Below, in pieces: positions 17,879 through 26,256 of a stretch of DNA of 46,168 bases. Below the pieces are notes generated by a model. It was not told the DNA's origin, ran no database searches, and saw only the letters and a list, made by a program, of their open reading frames with translations. Within the stretch, counting starts at the first letter, position 1. Every line of letters starts with the position of its first letter. The position numbers and the translations under genes are program-made. Source of the DNA: an uncultured Candidatus Marinamargulisbacteria bacterium (GTDB lineage: Bacteria; Margulisbacteria; Riflemargulisbacteria; GWF2-35-9); NCBI GenBank assembly GCA_964358175.1, contig CAYHOI010000003.1, positions 1 to 46,168 on the forward strand, written 5' to 3'.

Positions 17879-18823
17879 ATGAATAAAAAAGATAGGCGTC
17901 TTCAGATGTTACTTGACATCCTTCATAAAACCGCCAGTGACTTCGTTCCAACAATATCTCTGGCTAAACACCTGAAAGTTTCCCAGAAATCCATTCAACG
18001 AGATATCAACGAACTCCGAAAATCTTTTGGCATCGTGATCCATCAAAAAAAAGATCGTGGCGTGTCGCTTTCAAAGAATGCACCCTTAAAACTACCTGTA
18101 ACGGGCGATATCATAGAGCTAACAAAGAGGGAACTCATCACGCTTGCGATAGCCCAGAACTATTATCAAAACAACGCACCCCACGTTTTCGAAGAGGAAT
18201 CGCTAAGCACCTTCTACAAGATAGTTGCCAGCCTTTCACCCGGACAGCAGGAAAGTTATAAACAGTATTGCGAGATGGTGTCTTTCGAATTTGCTGAGAA
18301 AATGATCGTCAAGGATAGCAAGAATCATGTTCTCGAAAGTCTCATCGAGGCCATTAAAGACAGGAAAGAGATTTCTTTTGTGTATCAGGCACGCTATTTG
18401 CTTCAAGATCGAGAAAAAGTCTCAGTTCCAATTCGGCGAAAGGTGAATCCGCTTCATCTTCGCTATGCCTTTGGGGGGTGGTATCTCGTCGGCTATTGCC
18501 ATGTTCGAAAAGAGAAGCGAACCTTCAATCTGAGCCAAATTGAGAAGCTTGAGTTCCTAGCAGAAGCCTTTTCAGAGGAGAAAGTCTTTAAGCATCAGGA
18601 GTACTTTGCAAAGAACACCAGAATAAGTTCTGATCTGTTTTCGATTACACAGTATCTCAAGGAACACGTTGCTTCAGTAAAGAACCATATCAAGCTACTC
18701 AGCGACAAAAACTACCATGCCCTCTATCAGATCGATGCCCCTGATTTTGTATTGATGTTTATGCCCTCCAGCTTTTGGTTTGGCGCTACAAGCCGATCAA
18801 CAGCTATACAGTATGGCATTTGA
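17879..18823 (+). CDS. HTH-WYL transcriptional regulator, C-terminus replaced by RmuC-derived sequence
   Basis: N-terminal wHTH (LAKHLKVSQKSIQRDINELR), WYL domain (RKVNPLHL...WYLVGYCHVRKEKRTF). Confidence 0.85.
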   Translation: MNKKDRRLQMLLDILHKTASDFVPTISLAKHLKVSQKSIQRDINELRKSFGIVIHQKKDRGVSLSKNAPLKLPVTGDIIELTKRELITLAIAQNYYQNNAPHVFEEESLSTFYKIVASLSPGQQESYKQYCEMVSFEFAEKMIVKDSKNHVLESLIEAIKDRKEISFVYQARYLLQDREKVSVPIRRKVNPLHLRYAFGGWYLVGYCHVRKEKRTFNLSQIEKLEFLAEAFSEEKVFKHQEYFAKNTRISSDLFSITQYLKEHVASVKNHIKLLSDKNYHALYQIDAPDFVLMFMPSSFWFGATSRSTAIQYGI

Positions 18824-19160
18824 ATCAGGGGTTATCATTGTTAGCCCATTATCTTTATTAGCGACCCTCCGAACTATTTCGAGTGTTTGGAAAAAGGATT
18901 ACCAGAACAAGAATACTTTAGAGATTGCTCGGCAAGGGGGTGCTTTGTACGACAAGTTCGTTGCATTCGTTGAGGATATGCAAAGTATTGGGAAACAAAT
19001 TACAGGCACGAAAAAGGCTTATGATTCAGCAATGAATAAATTATCCGAGGGAAAAGGTGCCCTTATTACTAAAGCCAAATCGTTAAAGACTCTTGGGCTA
19101 ACGGTAACAAAGGCACTACCTCAAGAATTCTTAAACAACGATGAGGAGCGGTTGATTTAA
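18650..19160 (+). pseudogene. rmuC: 3' fragment of rmuC, frameshifted near 18767
   Basis: EHVASVKNHIKLLSDKNY...DFVLMFMP in the WYL frame, then PAFGLAL...VIIVSP..LLATLRTI..W...IARQGGALYDKFV in another frame. Confidence 0.85.
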
Positions 19161-20251
19161 AACACAGAAGACCAATCTTTTAGCACAGGAAAAAGCCCAT
19201 TTTCGGAAAGCATTTTTGAGACCTCAGCAAGGGAGCGGTGGTCCGAAATGTCAAATTGTGAAGAGGACACAATATCCGAATAACCGCCAGGATTTGTTTT
19301 TGATCCAGCACTTATCATCGTTATACCCGAGTGAATCAAGGTGTCCCGAAGAGAAGAGCTTTCTCTCGTTGATAAAACAAGATTGATGGTTGGCAGAAAA
19401 ATACGCACAGCACAAATTATTTGGTGTAGATCGTGGTCAGAAACAGGATAGCGCTGTTGATTCGCACGTAAACGAGGAAATGACATTGACAATTCGGCAC
19501 GCCAATATTTTTTTTGAAGATATACCATATGTAAAACACAAAGAGCGATATCTAAACGCCAATCAGAAAGACCAAGCAGACAACCAAGCCCCATTTTTTT
19601 AAAACCGGCACTGAGCGCACGATCCGCAGAATCAAGCCGATAGGTATAGTTGTTTTTTGGGCCATGTGGGTGAGCTTCGCCGTAAGCGCCCTCCTGGTAT
19701 GTTTCTTGATATAGAGATAATCCGCTGGCACCAGATGCGGCAAGGCGCGCATATTCTGGGGTATCGCAGGGGAAGATTTCAAGGGAGACTTGGTTGAAAT
19801 AGGTTTTGGCAAGACGAATACTTTTTTCAAGATAATCAGATCCCGCGACAAGAGGAGCCTCGCCAGTGAGAAGAAGAATGTGATCAAAGCCCAAAGAACG
19901 GAGGCATGAAAACCCCGCAGCTTGTTCTTCTGACGATAATGTCTTACGTTTTATGTGAAGATTTTCGTTAAAACCACAGTACGTACACTGGTTTGTACAC
20001 TCATTCGATAAGTAAAAAGGGACATATAGTTGCATGGTTTGACCAAATTGTTGGAGGGTCTTTTCATGAGCTTTTCTTTGAAGATAGGGAAGGAGAGGGC
20101 GTGCAGAGGGAGAAAGAAGGCGAGCGAACTGGTCAAACGGAAGAGTTTCCTGGTCAAGCAGTAAAAGCAGATCTTTTGGTTTAGAGTGATCATCATGCAC
20201 CATGTAGGGAAGTTTTGATCTGTCAACGGAGGAGAGAAAGGCTGAAAACAT
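19157..20251 (-). CDS. thiH: 2-iminoacetate synthase (radical SAM)
   Basis: YLSNECTNQCTYCGF, YQETY, LSTRE, SAGSKTNPGGY; adjacent to thiG. Confidence 0.92.
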   Translation of the reverse strand: MFSAFLSSVDRSKLPYMVHDDHSKPKDLLLLLDQETLPFDQFARLLSPSARPLLPYLQRKAHEKTLQQFGQTMQLYVPFYLSNECTNQCTYCGFNENLHIKRKTLSSEEQAAGFSCLRSLGFDHILLLTGEAPLVAGSDYLEKSIRLAKTYFNQVSLEIFPCDTPEYARLAASGASGLSLYQETYQEGAYGEAHPHGPKNNYTYRLDSADRALSAGFKKMGLGCLLGLSDWRLDIALCVLHMVYLQKKYWRAELSMSFPRLRANQQRYPVSDHDLHQIICAVRIFLPTINLVLSTRESSSLRDTLIHSGITMISAGSKTNPGGYSDIVSSSQFDISDHRSLAEVSKMLSENGLFPVLKDWSSVF

Positions 20252-20254
20252 AGT

Positions 20255-21049
20255 TTAGCGAAGCACAAACTGAAGAGGACTGGAAGGGCTCGCGAAAGAA
20301 GAAGCTTGAGCCAAGCCGGATTCAAAGGCCATTCGACCACATTGTGTTGCGAGCATAAACGCCCGGGCAACGGTTGGGGGATCAGAGGCAGTTGCAATGG
20401 CCGTATTGACAAGAACCGCAGAGGCACCCAGCTCCATAGCAAGCGTAGCATGGGAAGGGGCACCTAGGCCGGCATCAATAACAACAGGAATAAGAGCCTG
20501 ATCAATAATAATTCGCAACATATCAAGCGAACGAAGCCCTTTATTTGAACCGATGGGAGAAGCCAGCGGCATAACAGCCGAAGCACCTGCGTCTTCAAGC
20601 TTTTTGGCAAGAATAGGATCCGGTTGTATATAGGGAAGGACAACAAAGCCTTCTTTTACAAGCTGCGTGGTGGCCTTTAACGTTTCTTCACCATCTGGAA
20701 GCAGGTAGACCGGATCGGGAATAACTTCTAGCTTAACCCAATTAGGCAGGCCCCCGGCACGAGCAAGACGAGCAAGTCGAATGGCCTCATCAGCGGAACG
20801 TGCACCGGAGGTATTGGGAAGAATGAGATAGTTTTTAGGATTTAATACCGATAAAATATGATCATCCGGTTGATTAAGATTAACCCGACGAAGAGCTACC
20901 GTAACCAGTTGAGTCTCGGAGGCATCGATAGCAGAACACATCAGCTCGGGAGAGGCAAACTTTCCAGTTCCCAGAAAAAGCCTCGAAGTGAAGGTGCGGT
21001 CGGCAATAACAAGGGGTTTTAACATTCCAGTGCATTGTATCGACTTCAA
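20255..21049 (-). CDS. thiG: Thiazole synthase (start may be ATG 21025)
   Basis: [44 protein letters not shown]. Confidence 0.96.
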   Translation of the reverse strand: MKSIQCTGMLKPLVIADRTFTSRLFLGTGKFASPELMCSAIDASETQLVTVALRRVNLNQPDDHILSVLNPKNYLILPNTSGARSADEAIRLARLARAGGLPNWVKLEVIPDPVYLLPDGEETLKATTQLVKEGFVVLPYIQPDPILAKKLEDAGASAVMPLASPIGSNKGLRSLDMLRIIIDQALIPVVIDAGLGAPSHATLAMELGASAVLVNTAIATASDPPTVARAFMLATQCGRMAFESGLAQASSFASPSSPLQFVLR

Positions 21050-21975
21050 GTTTGGAATTCAAGGTCAATAAAGCGAACAAAATCAGCCTGACAGGAAAAT
21101 TCATTTCCGAGAAGGCGTAGCTCACGGGCACGGGGATGTCCCTTTAGGTATTTTGCGATGTACTTTCGAAAATGATGGGCAGCTTTTTTTTCAGGATAAT
21201 AAGCACATAAAAGTTCAAAGTGACGACAAAGTGTCTCTCGAAGAGCTGGGTTAGGGCTTTGATGAAAATCAGAGATAAGCCAAGGGTTTCCAATGAGTGC
21301 ACGCCCAACCATCACAAACTGGATAGGATAGGAGCGAAGCTTTTCTTTTATTTGCTCAGAGGCTTTAACATCTCCAGATCCAATAATGGGAAGTGAGGTA
21401 TGAGAACGTAAAGCATTAAACTTTGACCAATCGGCTGTGCCTGTGAATAGCTGGGTTGCGTACCGCGGATGAAGGCAAATTGCATCAACGCCCTCGTCTT
21501 GCGCCAATTGGGCTAAATCGATAAAATTTTCCTCAAGAGAAGACCACCCTAATCGACATTTAAGTGTTAAGGGTATGGAGAGAACGCGGCGGAGTGCTCG
21601 CAGAACTTTTTTGACAAGCGTGAGATCTCTTTGTAAAGCAGCACCGGCACCCTGTTTAAGGACTTTTTTGACAGAGCATCCCATATTAATGTCAATGATG
21701 TCTGCGCCAAGTGAGGCATAATGTGCGGCTGCGTAAGCAAAAGCTTCTGGTGAGCGACCGAAAAGCTGAACAGATACAGGGTGCTCGTCTTTAACAAACG
21801 AGAAGTTTAGGGAAGCAGGAATGCCTTGTTGAATGGCCACTGCTGAAAGCATTTCTGTGTAGGTAAGTTCTGCACCAAAATCTCTGGCAAGTTGTCGAAA
21901 GGGGAAGTCTGAAATTCCACAAAGAGGGGCAACAACGATGGGTGAAGTAAATGAGAGATCTCCAATATTAGGCAT
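21046..21975 (-). CDS. dusB: tRNA-dihydrouridine synthase (DusB-type)
   Basis: [40 protein letters not shown]; likely start ATG 21975. Confidence 0.9.
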   Translation of the reverse strand: MPNIGDLSFTSPIVVAPLCGISDFPFRQLARDFGAELTYTEMLSAVAIQQGIPASLNFSFVKDEHPVSVQLFGRSPEAFAYAAAHYASLGADIIDINMGCSVKKVLKQGAGAALQRDLTLVKKVLRALRRVLSIPLTLKCRLGWSSLEENFIDLAQLAQDEGVDAICLHPRYATQLFTGTADWSKFNALRSHTSLPIIGSGDVKASEQIKEKLRSYPIQFVMVGRALIGNPWLISDFHQSPNPALRETLCRHFELLCAYYPEKKAAHHFRKYIAKYLKGHPRARELRLLGNEFSCQADFVRFIDLEFQT

Positions 21976-22795
21976 TTGAAAGCCAAGCGATAATTCGGCG
22001 ATAGTCCTCATCTGTCGAAAAAGGAATCATAAAATGACCTTTTTTGCCCTTTTTGTGACAAAAAGTTGGGAAAGGACAATTTGAAACAAGAGATTTTGTT
22101 TCTTCATGAAGGGCAGTTTTTGGTTGGGGGTGAGCGGGAAGACGTTCGGCATCACGGACGGTCAAGTTTTTATCTAGAATAATATGCAGAAGCCTGGTTT
22201 GCGTTTCATGATCTTTAAAGCGAAGGAGTGTTCGAGCATGTCCTTCAGAGATTTTACTGTGAAAAAGGGCTTCTTTTGTTGGATCACTGAGCTCAAGAAG
22301 GCGAAGAGTGTTGGCCACAGAAGATCGGCTTTTTCCAACAGCTGTAGAGAGCTGTTGTTGTGTGTATCTATATTCTTTCATGATGTTGTCATAGGCCATG
22401 GCTACTTCAATGGGGTTGATATCTTCGCGTTGAATATTTTCAAGAAGAGATAAAAGCATGCTTTGTTGATCTGACACATCGACTTTTACGAGTGCTGGGA
22501 TTTTATCATAACCTAAAAGGGAAACCGCGCGAAATCGTCTTTCCCCTGAAATTAATTCATATAGTCCGGACGTTTTTTGGCGAACGACGATGGGTTGAAT
22601 AAGGCCATTAGCCTTGATGGAGTCTGCGAGCTCATGGAGTGTATCATCAGAAAAGAGCTGGCGAGGCTGATATTTATTTTTTTCAATGGATTTAATCAGA
22701 ATGTCTTTTAGCGTTGTGATCTCTTGCTCTTGGACATCAATATTGCGATAGTCAGGGATAAGTGCGGCAAGACCGCGACCAAGTTTGCTAGCCAT
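21968..22795 (-). CDS. parB: Chromosome partitioning protein ParB/Spo0J
   Basis: LGRGLAALI, YQPR, GLIQPIVVR, ISGERRFRA, ENIQRE, HTH. Confidence 0.95.
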   Translation of the reverse strand: MASKLGRGLAALIPDYRNIDVQEQEITTLKDILIKSIEKNKYQPRQLFSDDTLHELADSIKANGLIQPIVVRQKTSGLYELISGERRFRAVSLLGYDKIPALVKVDVSDQQSMLLSLLENIQREDINPIEVAMAYDNIMKEYRYTQQQLSTAVGKSRSSVANTLRLLELSDPTKEALFHSKISEGHARTLLRFKDHETQTRLLHIILDKNLTVRDAERLPAHPQPKTALHEETKSLVSNCPFPTFCHKKGKKGHFMIPFSTDEDYRRIIAWLSNA

Positions 22796-23546
22796 GGAAA
22801 ATCTCCTTTACCAAGCTTTTATAAGCTTTTGCACCTTTAGATTTTTTATCATATACCGTTATGGGGACGCCAAAGCTGGGTGCTTCGCTCAGACGTACAT
22901 TACGGGGAATGACGGTCTCAAAAACCTTTTCTTTAAAAAATTCACGTGCTTCATTTTCAACTTGCCGACTTAGAGAAACACGTTTATCAAACATGGTAAC
23001 GATGATACCTTTCAGTTGAAGGTTTGGATTCAAAGCTTTTTTAACCATCTCAATGGTTTCTGTGAGGCGAGCAAGGCCTTCTAATGCGTAGTATTCGGAT
23101 TGAACGGGAATAAGTACGAAGTGGCTTGCCGTAAGGGCATTAATGGTAAGGAGACCCAATGATGGTGGGCAGTCAATTATAATATATTCAAACTGTTCAG
23201 AGCTTTTTTCTAAACAGCGCAAAAGAAACCGTTCACGGTTGAGCTGGGATACCAGCTCAATTTCAGCACCAGCTAAATCTTTTGAGGAAGGAAGAATGGA
23301 GAGGTTCGAAATAAGGGTGGGGTAAACTGCTTTTTGAAGTTCGACTTTGCCAATAAGCGCATCGTAGACAGTATAGCTAAATCGACTATCATAAAGACCA
23401 AGGCCACTGGTAGCATTCGCTTGAGGGTCAAGGTCTACCAACAATGTGCGGTGACCTCTTTTGGCCAGAATGGAAGAGATGCTCACTGCTGTTGTTGTTT
23501 TGCCAACGCCACCCTTCTGATTAACGATACTATAGATTTGGCTCAT
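22788..23546 (-). CDS. parA: ParA/Soj ATPase
   Basis: NQKGGVGKTTT, DLDPQANAT, DCPPSLG, IPRNVRLSEAPS. Confidence 0.96.
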   Translation of the reverse strand: MSQIYSIVNQKGGVGKTTTAVSISSILAKRGHRTLLVDLDPQANATSGLGLYDSRFSYTVYDALIGKVELQKAVYPTLISNLSILPSSKDLAGAEIELVSQLNRERFLLRCLEKSSEQFEYIIIDCPPSLGLLTINALTASHFVLIPVQSEYYALEGLARLTETIEMVKKALNPNLQLKGIIVTMFDKRVSLSRQVENEAREFFKEKVFETVIPRNVRLSEAPSFGVPITVYDKKSKGAKAYKSLVKEIFHG

Positions 23547-24247
23547 GCTAATAACCTCCTTGATAATGGATTTTTCTGCGCTAAACCGGTTCGCCTTGGT
23601 AGAAAAATGGAAGAGGGTGATGTTTTTTGAACCTCGATGATATACCGGGTGGCCCCGGAAAGCGTATACTCGAAAGGATTCTTGATAATAAACCCAAGTG
23701 ATGATTCTACAGAGCCGGCAATGCCAAGCTCATCCTCAAGATCTTGGCTCTTCATTGCCAGAAGAACCCCGCCTTTTCGCAGAAGGGGATGCGCGAGCTC
23801 CATTAAGATGTCAAGTCGAGCTACTGAGCGCGCAAAAACCAAGTCAAATTGATTGCTGTGAGCTAATGCAAAGGACTCAAGTCGTTCACAAACAGGGAAA
23901 GCGTTATCAAGTTTAAGGAGCCGTATAGCCTCGCTCACGAATTGAATCTTTTTCATGGTTGAATCCAGAAGAAGCACATTCTTGTCAGCAAGCTCAGCCG
24001 CTACGATTAGCCCTGGGAATCCAGCCCCCGTGCCCATATCAAGAAGGCGTTGAGACGAGGGGTGATGAGTGAAAATATAAGAGGAAAGCACCTGGCTATC
24101 CTCGATATGTTTGACCTGAATCGCATCTGGCGAGCGGATTGCCGTAAGGCCGCAGGTCTGATTGCGCAAGACAAGCAGTTCTATTAAGGCAGAATAGTCA
24201 GGCAGGGAATCGCTAGAATGTTTCACGTGAAACATTCTAGCATACAA
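23543..24247 (-). CDS. rsmG: 16S rRNA m7G527 methyltransferase (start uncertain)
   Basis: LTAI...HIEDS, LDMGTGAGFPG, PRRTG. Confidence 0.93.
   Translation of the reverse strand: MYARMFHVKHSSDSLPDYSALIELLVLRNQTCGLTAIRSPDAIQVKHIEDSQVLSSYIFTHHPSSQRLLDMGTGAGFPGLIVAAELADKNVLLLDSTMKKIQFVSEAIRLLKLDNAFPVCERLESFALAHSNQFDLVFARSVARLDILMELAHPLLRKGGVLLAMKSQDLEDELGIAGSVESSLGFIIKNPFEYTLSGATRYIIEVQKTSPSSIFLPRRTGLAQKNPLSRRLLA
24219..24234. promoter_or_regulatory. parS site 1
   Basis: Perfect TGTTTCACGTGAAACA inside a 30-bp perfect palindrome (24212-24241). Confidence 0.95.
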
Positions 24248-24360
24248 AAATTATCGACAACAGTGATGCGCCAAGCAGTTTCTCGTCGAAAGGGGCGTCT
24301 AATATAGTGGCGAGAAGAGTTGTTTTCGCATGTCTTCTTTGGGGTTGCTCGTGGGGTGAT

Positions 24361-24376
24361 TGTTTCACGTGAAACA
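24361..24376. promoter_or_regulatory. parS site 2
   Basis: Perfect TGTTTCACGTGAAACA. Confidence 0.95.
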
Positions 24377-24480
24377 ATTCCGGGAGGTTAGTGGGTGGTG
24401 GGGGCTGTTTTGGAAAGCAATAAATGGTGTTAATATGGGGCTGGGTAGATTGTGTGTGCTGCTAAGGGAGGCAGGAGTTC

Positions 24481-26256
24481 ATGAAGATTGGCTTGTGTCA
24501 GTTCAATGCTGTGGTCGGGAATCCTCGGTATAATGTAAAAAGAATGGTTGAGCGAATGCGCCAGGCAAGCGAGAGGGGGTGGGCTGTAATCCTCTTTGGC
24601 GAGTTGGCTTTGTCGGGGTATTATTCTCAGGACTTGTTTTTTAACGAAGAATACATCGATGAGGTTAATCGTGCCTGGCTAAGCTTAAAGGAGGAGTCGG
24701 ATCGCCTGGGAATAGCGGTTGGCACAGGGATGCCGAGAAGAAATGCCAGCGAAAAAGGGGGCTGCAAACATCTTTATAATTCATTTTGTTTTTACTGGCC
24801 TGGGAAAACGGAATTTACCCAGGACAAGGTCTGTTTGCCTACTTATGCGGAGTTTGATGAAGCACGCTGGTTTCAGGCTGGATCTTTACAAAACGTTCAA
24901 GCAAGAGTCTTTGGTTCGTATAGGGTGGGGTTTTTGATTTGTGAAGATGGCTGGAATAATAAGGAGGGCGTGCTTGATTCTCCCTATCGCCTTTATTCTG
25001 AGGATCCTGTTGAGAGTCTTGTGCAGCAAGGGGTAAATGTTATCGTTAACATTTCTGCCAGCCCTGATTACTTGGGGAAACAAATTCGTCGAATGGAAAT
25101 GAATCAACGAATAGCCAAGAGCTATAAGATGCCAATTGTTTTTTTAAATGTGGTGGGGGCACAAGATGAGCTTGTGTTTGGTGGTCAAAGTTTTGCAATA
25201 AATGCTTTAGGTGAACCCATATTGAGAATGAAAAGATGTGAGGAGGATCTTCAGCTAATCGATCTTGAAAAGATGGGTCAACGTAGAAAGAGAGCCGTAT
25301 TTCCAGAGCCGGTTATGCCAATGGCTGAATTAGATGATTTTTTGGGGCTATATTTGAAGGATTATTTGAGGAAAAGTGGGTGTGAGCTTTCGAAGGTTAT
25401 TTTAGGGCTGTCGGGGGGGAAAGATTCAACTGCTGTTGCAGCAATTCTTGCTAGGCATCTAGGTGCCGATCGAGTAATCGGTGTGATGATGCCCTACAAA
25501 AGAGGCCTGTATACCCAAGAGATATCAAGGCACTTGGCAAAAGAGTTGGCTGAGAGCTTGTGTATAACGCTGCGAGAGGTGTCCATTGATGATGAAGTTG
25601 CCTCATTAATGGAGAAATTAGGTGTAAAGAAGGATACGATTGCACACCAGAATCTACAAGCACGAGTTCGAGCGATTATTCTCTGGGGGATTGCAAACAA
25701 TGAAAATGCGTTGGTAATAAATACAACAAATTTTTCTGAAGCGGCAATGGGTTATGGGACTATTGGGGGTGATTTGCTGGGGTTACCCCTGATTGCGTCT
25801 CTTCCTGCAACAATTATCATTGACTACTTAAAGTGGTTACAGCGCGAGGGAGTGCCTGCGATTACTGATGAAATGATTAATCGTGAACCTTCAGCAGAGC
25901 TCATTCCGGGTCAACTAGATGCGAATGAACTTGGCGAGTATGCATATATTGACCCCCTCATTGAGTCTCTTAGAATGAATTTTGGCGATATACGCAAGGT
26001 TGCCAGTCAAATTTTAGATCCATCGAAGAAAGAGTACGGCTGCTATCATGAGAGTGAAGCAGCTCGTCTCCATTTTTTTGAGCGGCTATCCTTCTTGGCT
26101 AAAAAATTATTGGTGAACACGGAATTTAAGAGGTGGTATTATCATAAAACACCACAATTAATGCCATATAGTTGGCTGAGATGGAAGTGGCCGGTTGCCA
26201 ACGCGTATATGAAAATTGAGGAGTTGGTGGCTCAAGTAAAAAAAGAGATGACCTAG
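24481..26256 (+). CDS. nadE: Glutamine-dependent NAD+ synthetase (divergent)
   Basis: Nitrilase domain (ELAL.GY, K..LPTY.EFDE.RWF, ICEDGW) plus GLSGGKDS, NLQARVR, PSAEL. Confidence 0.88.
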   Translation: MKIGLCQFNAVVGNPRYNVKRMVERMRQASERGWAVILFGELALSGYYSQDLFFNEEYIDEVNRAWLSLKEESDRLGIAVGTGMPRRNASEKGGCKHLYNSFCFYWPGKTEFTQDKVCLPTYAEFDEARWFQAGSLQNVQARVFGSYRVGFLICEDGWNNKEGVLDSPYRLYSEDPVESLVQQGVNVIVNISASPDYLGKQIRRMEMNQRIAKSYKMPIVFLNVVGAQDELVFGGQSFAINALGEPILRMKRCEEDLQLIDLEKMGQRRKRAVFPEPVMPMAELDDFLGLYLKDYLRKSGCELSKVILGLSGGKDSTAVAAILARHLGADRVIGVMMPYKRGLYTQEISRHLAKELAESLCITLREVSIDDEVASLMEKLGVKKDTIAHQNLQARVRAIILWGIANNENALVINTTNFSEAAMGYGTIGGDLLGLPLIASLPATIIIDYLKWLQREGVPAITDEMINREPSAELIPGQLDANELGEYAYIDPLIESLRMNFGDIRKVASQILDPSKKEYGCYHESEAARLHFFERLSFLAKKLLVNTEFKRWYYHKTPQLMPYSWLRWKWPVANAYMKIEELVAQVKKEMT

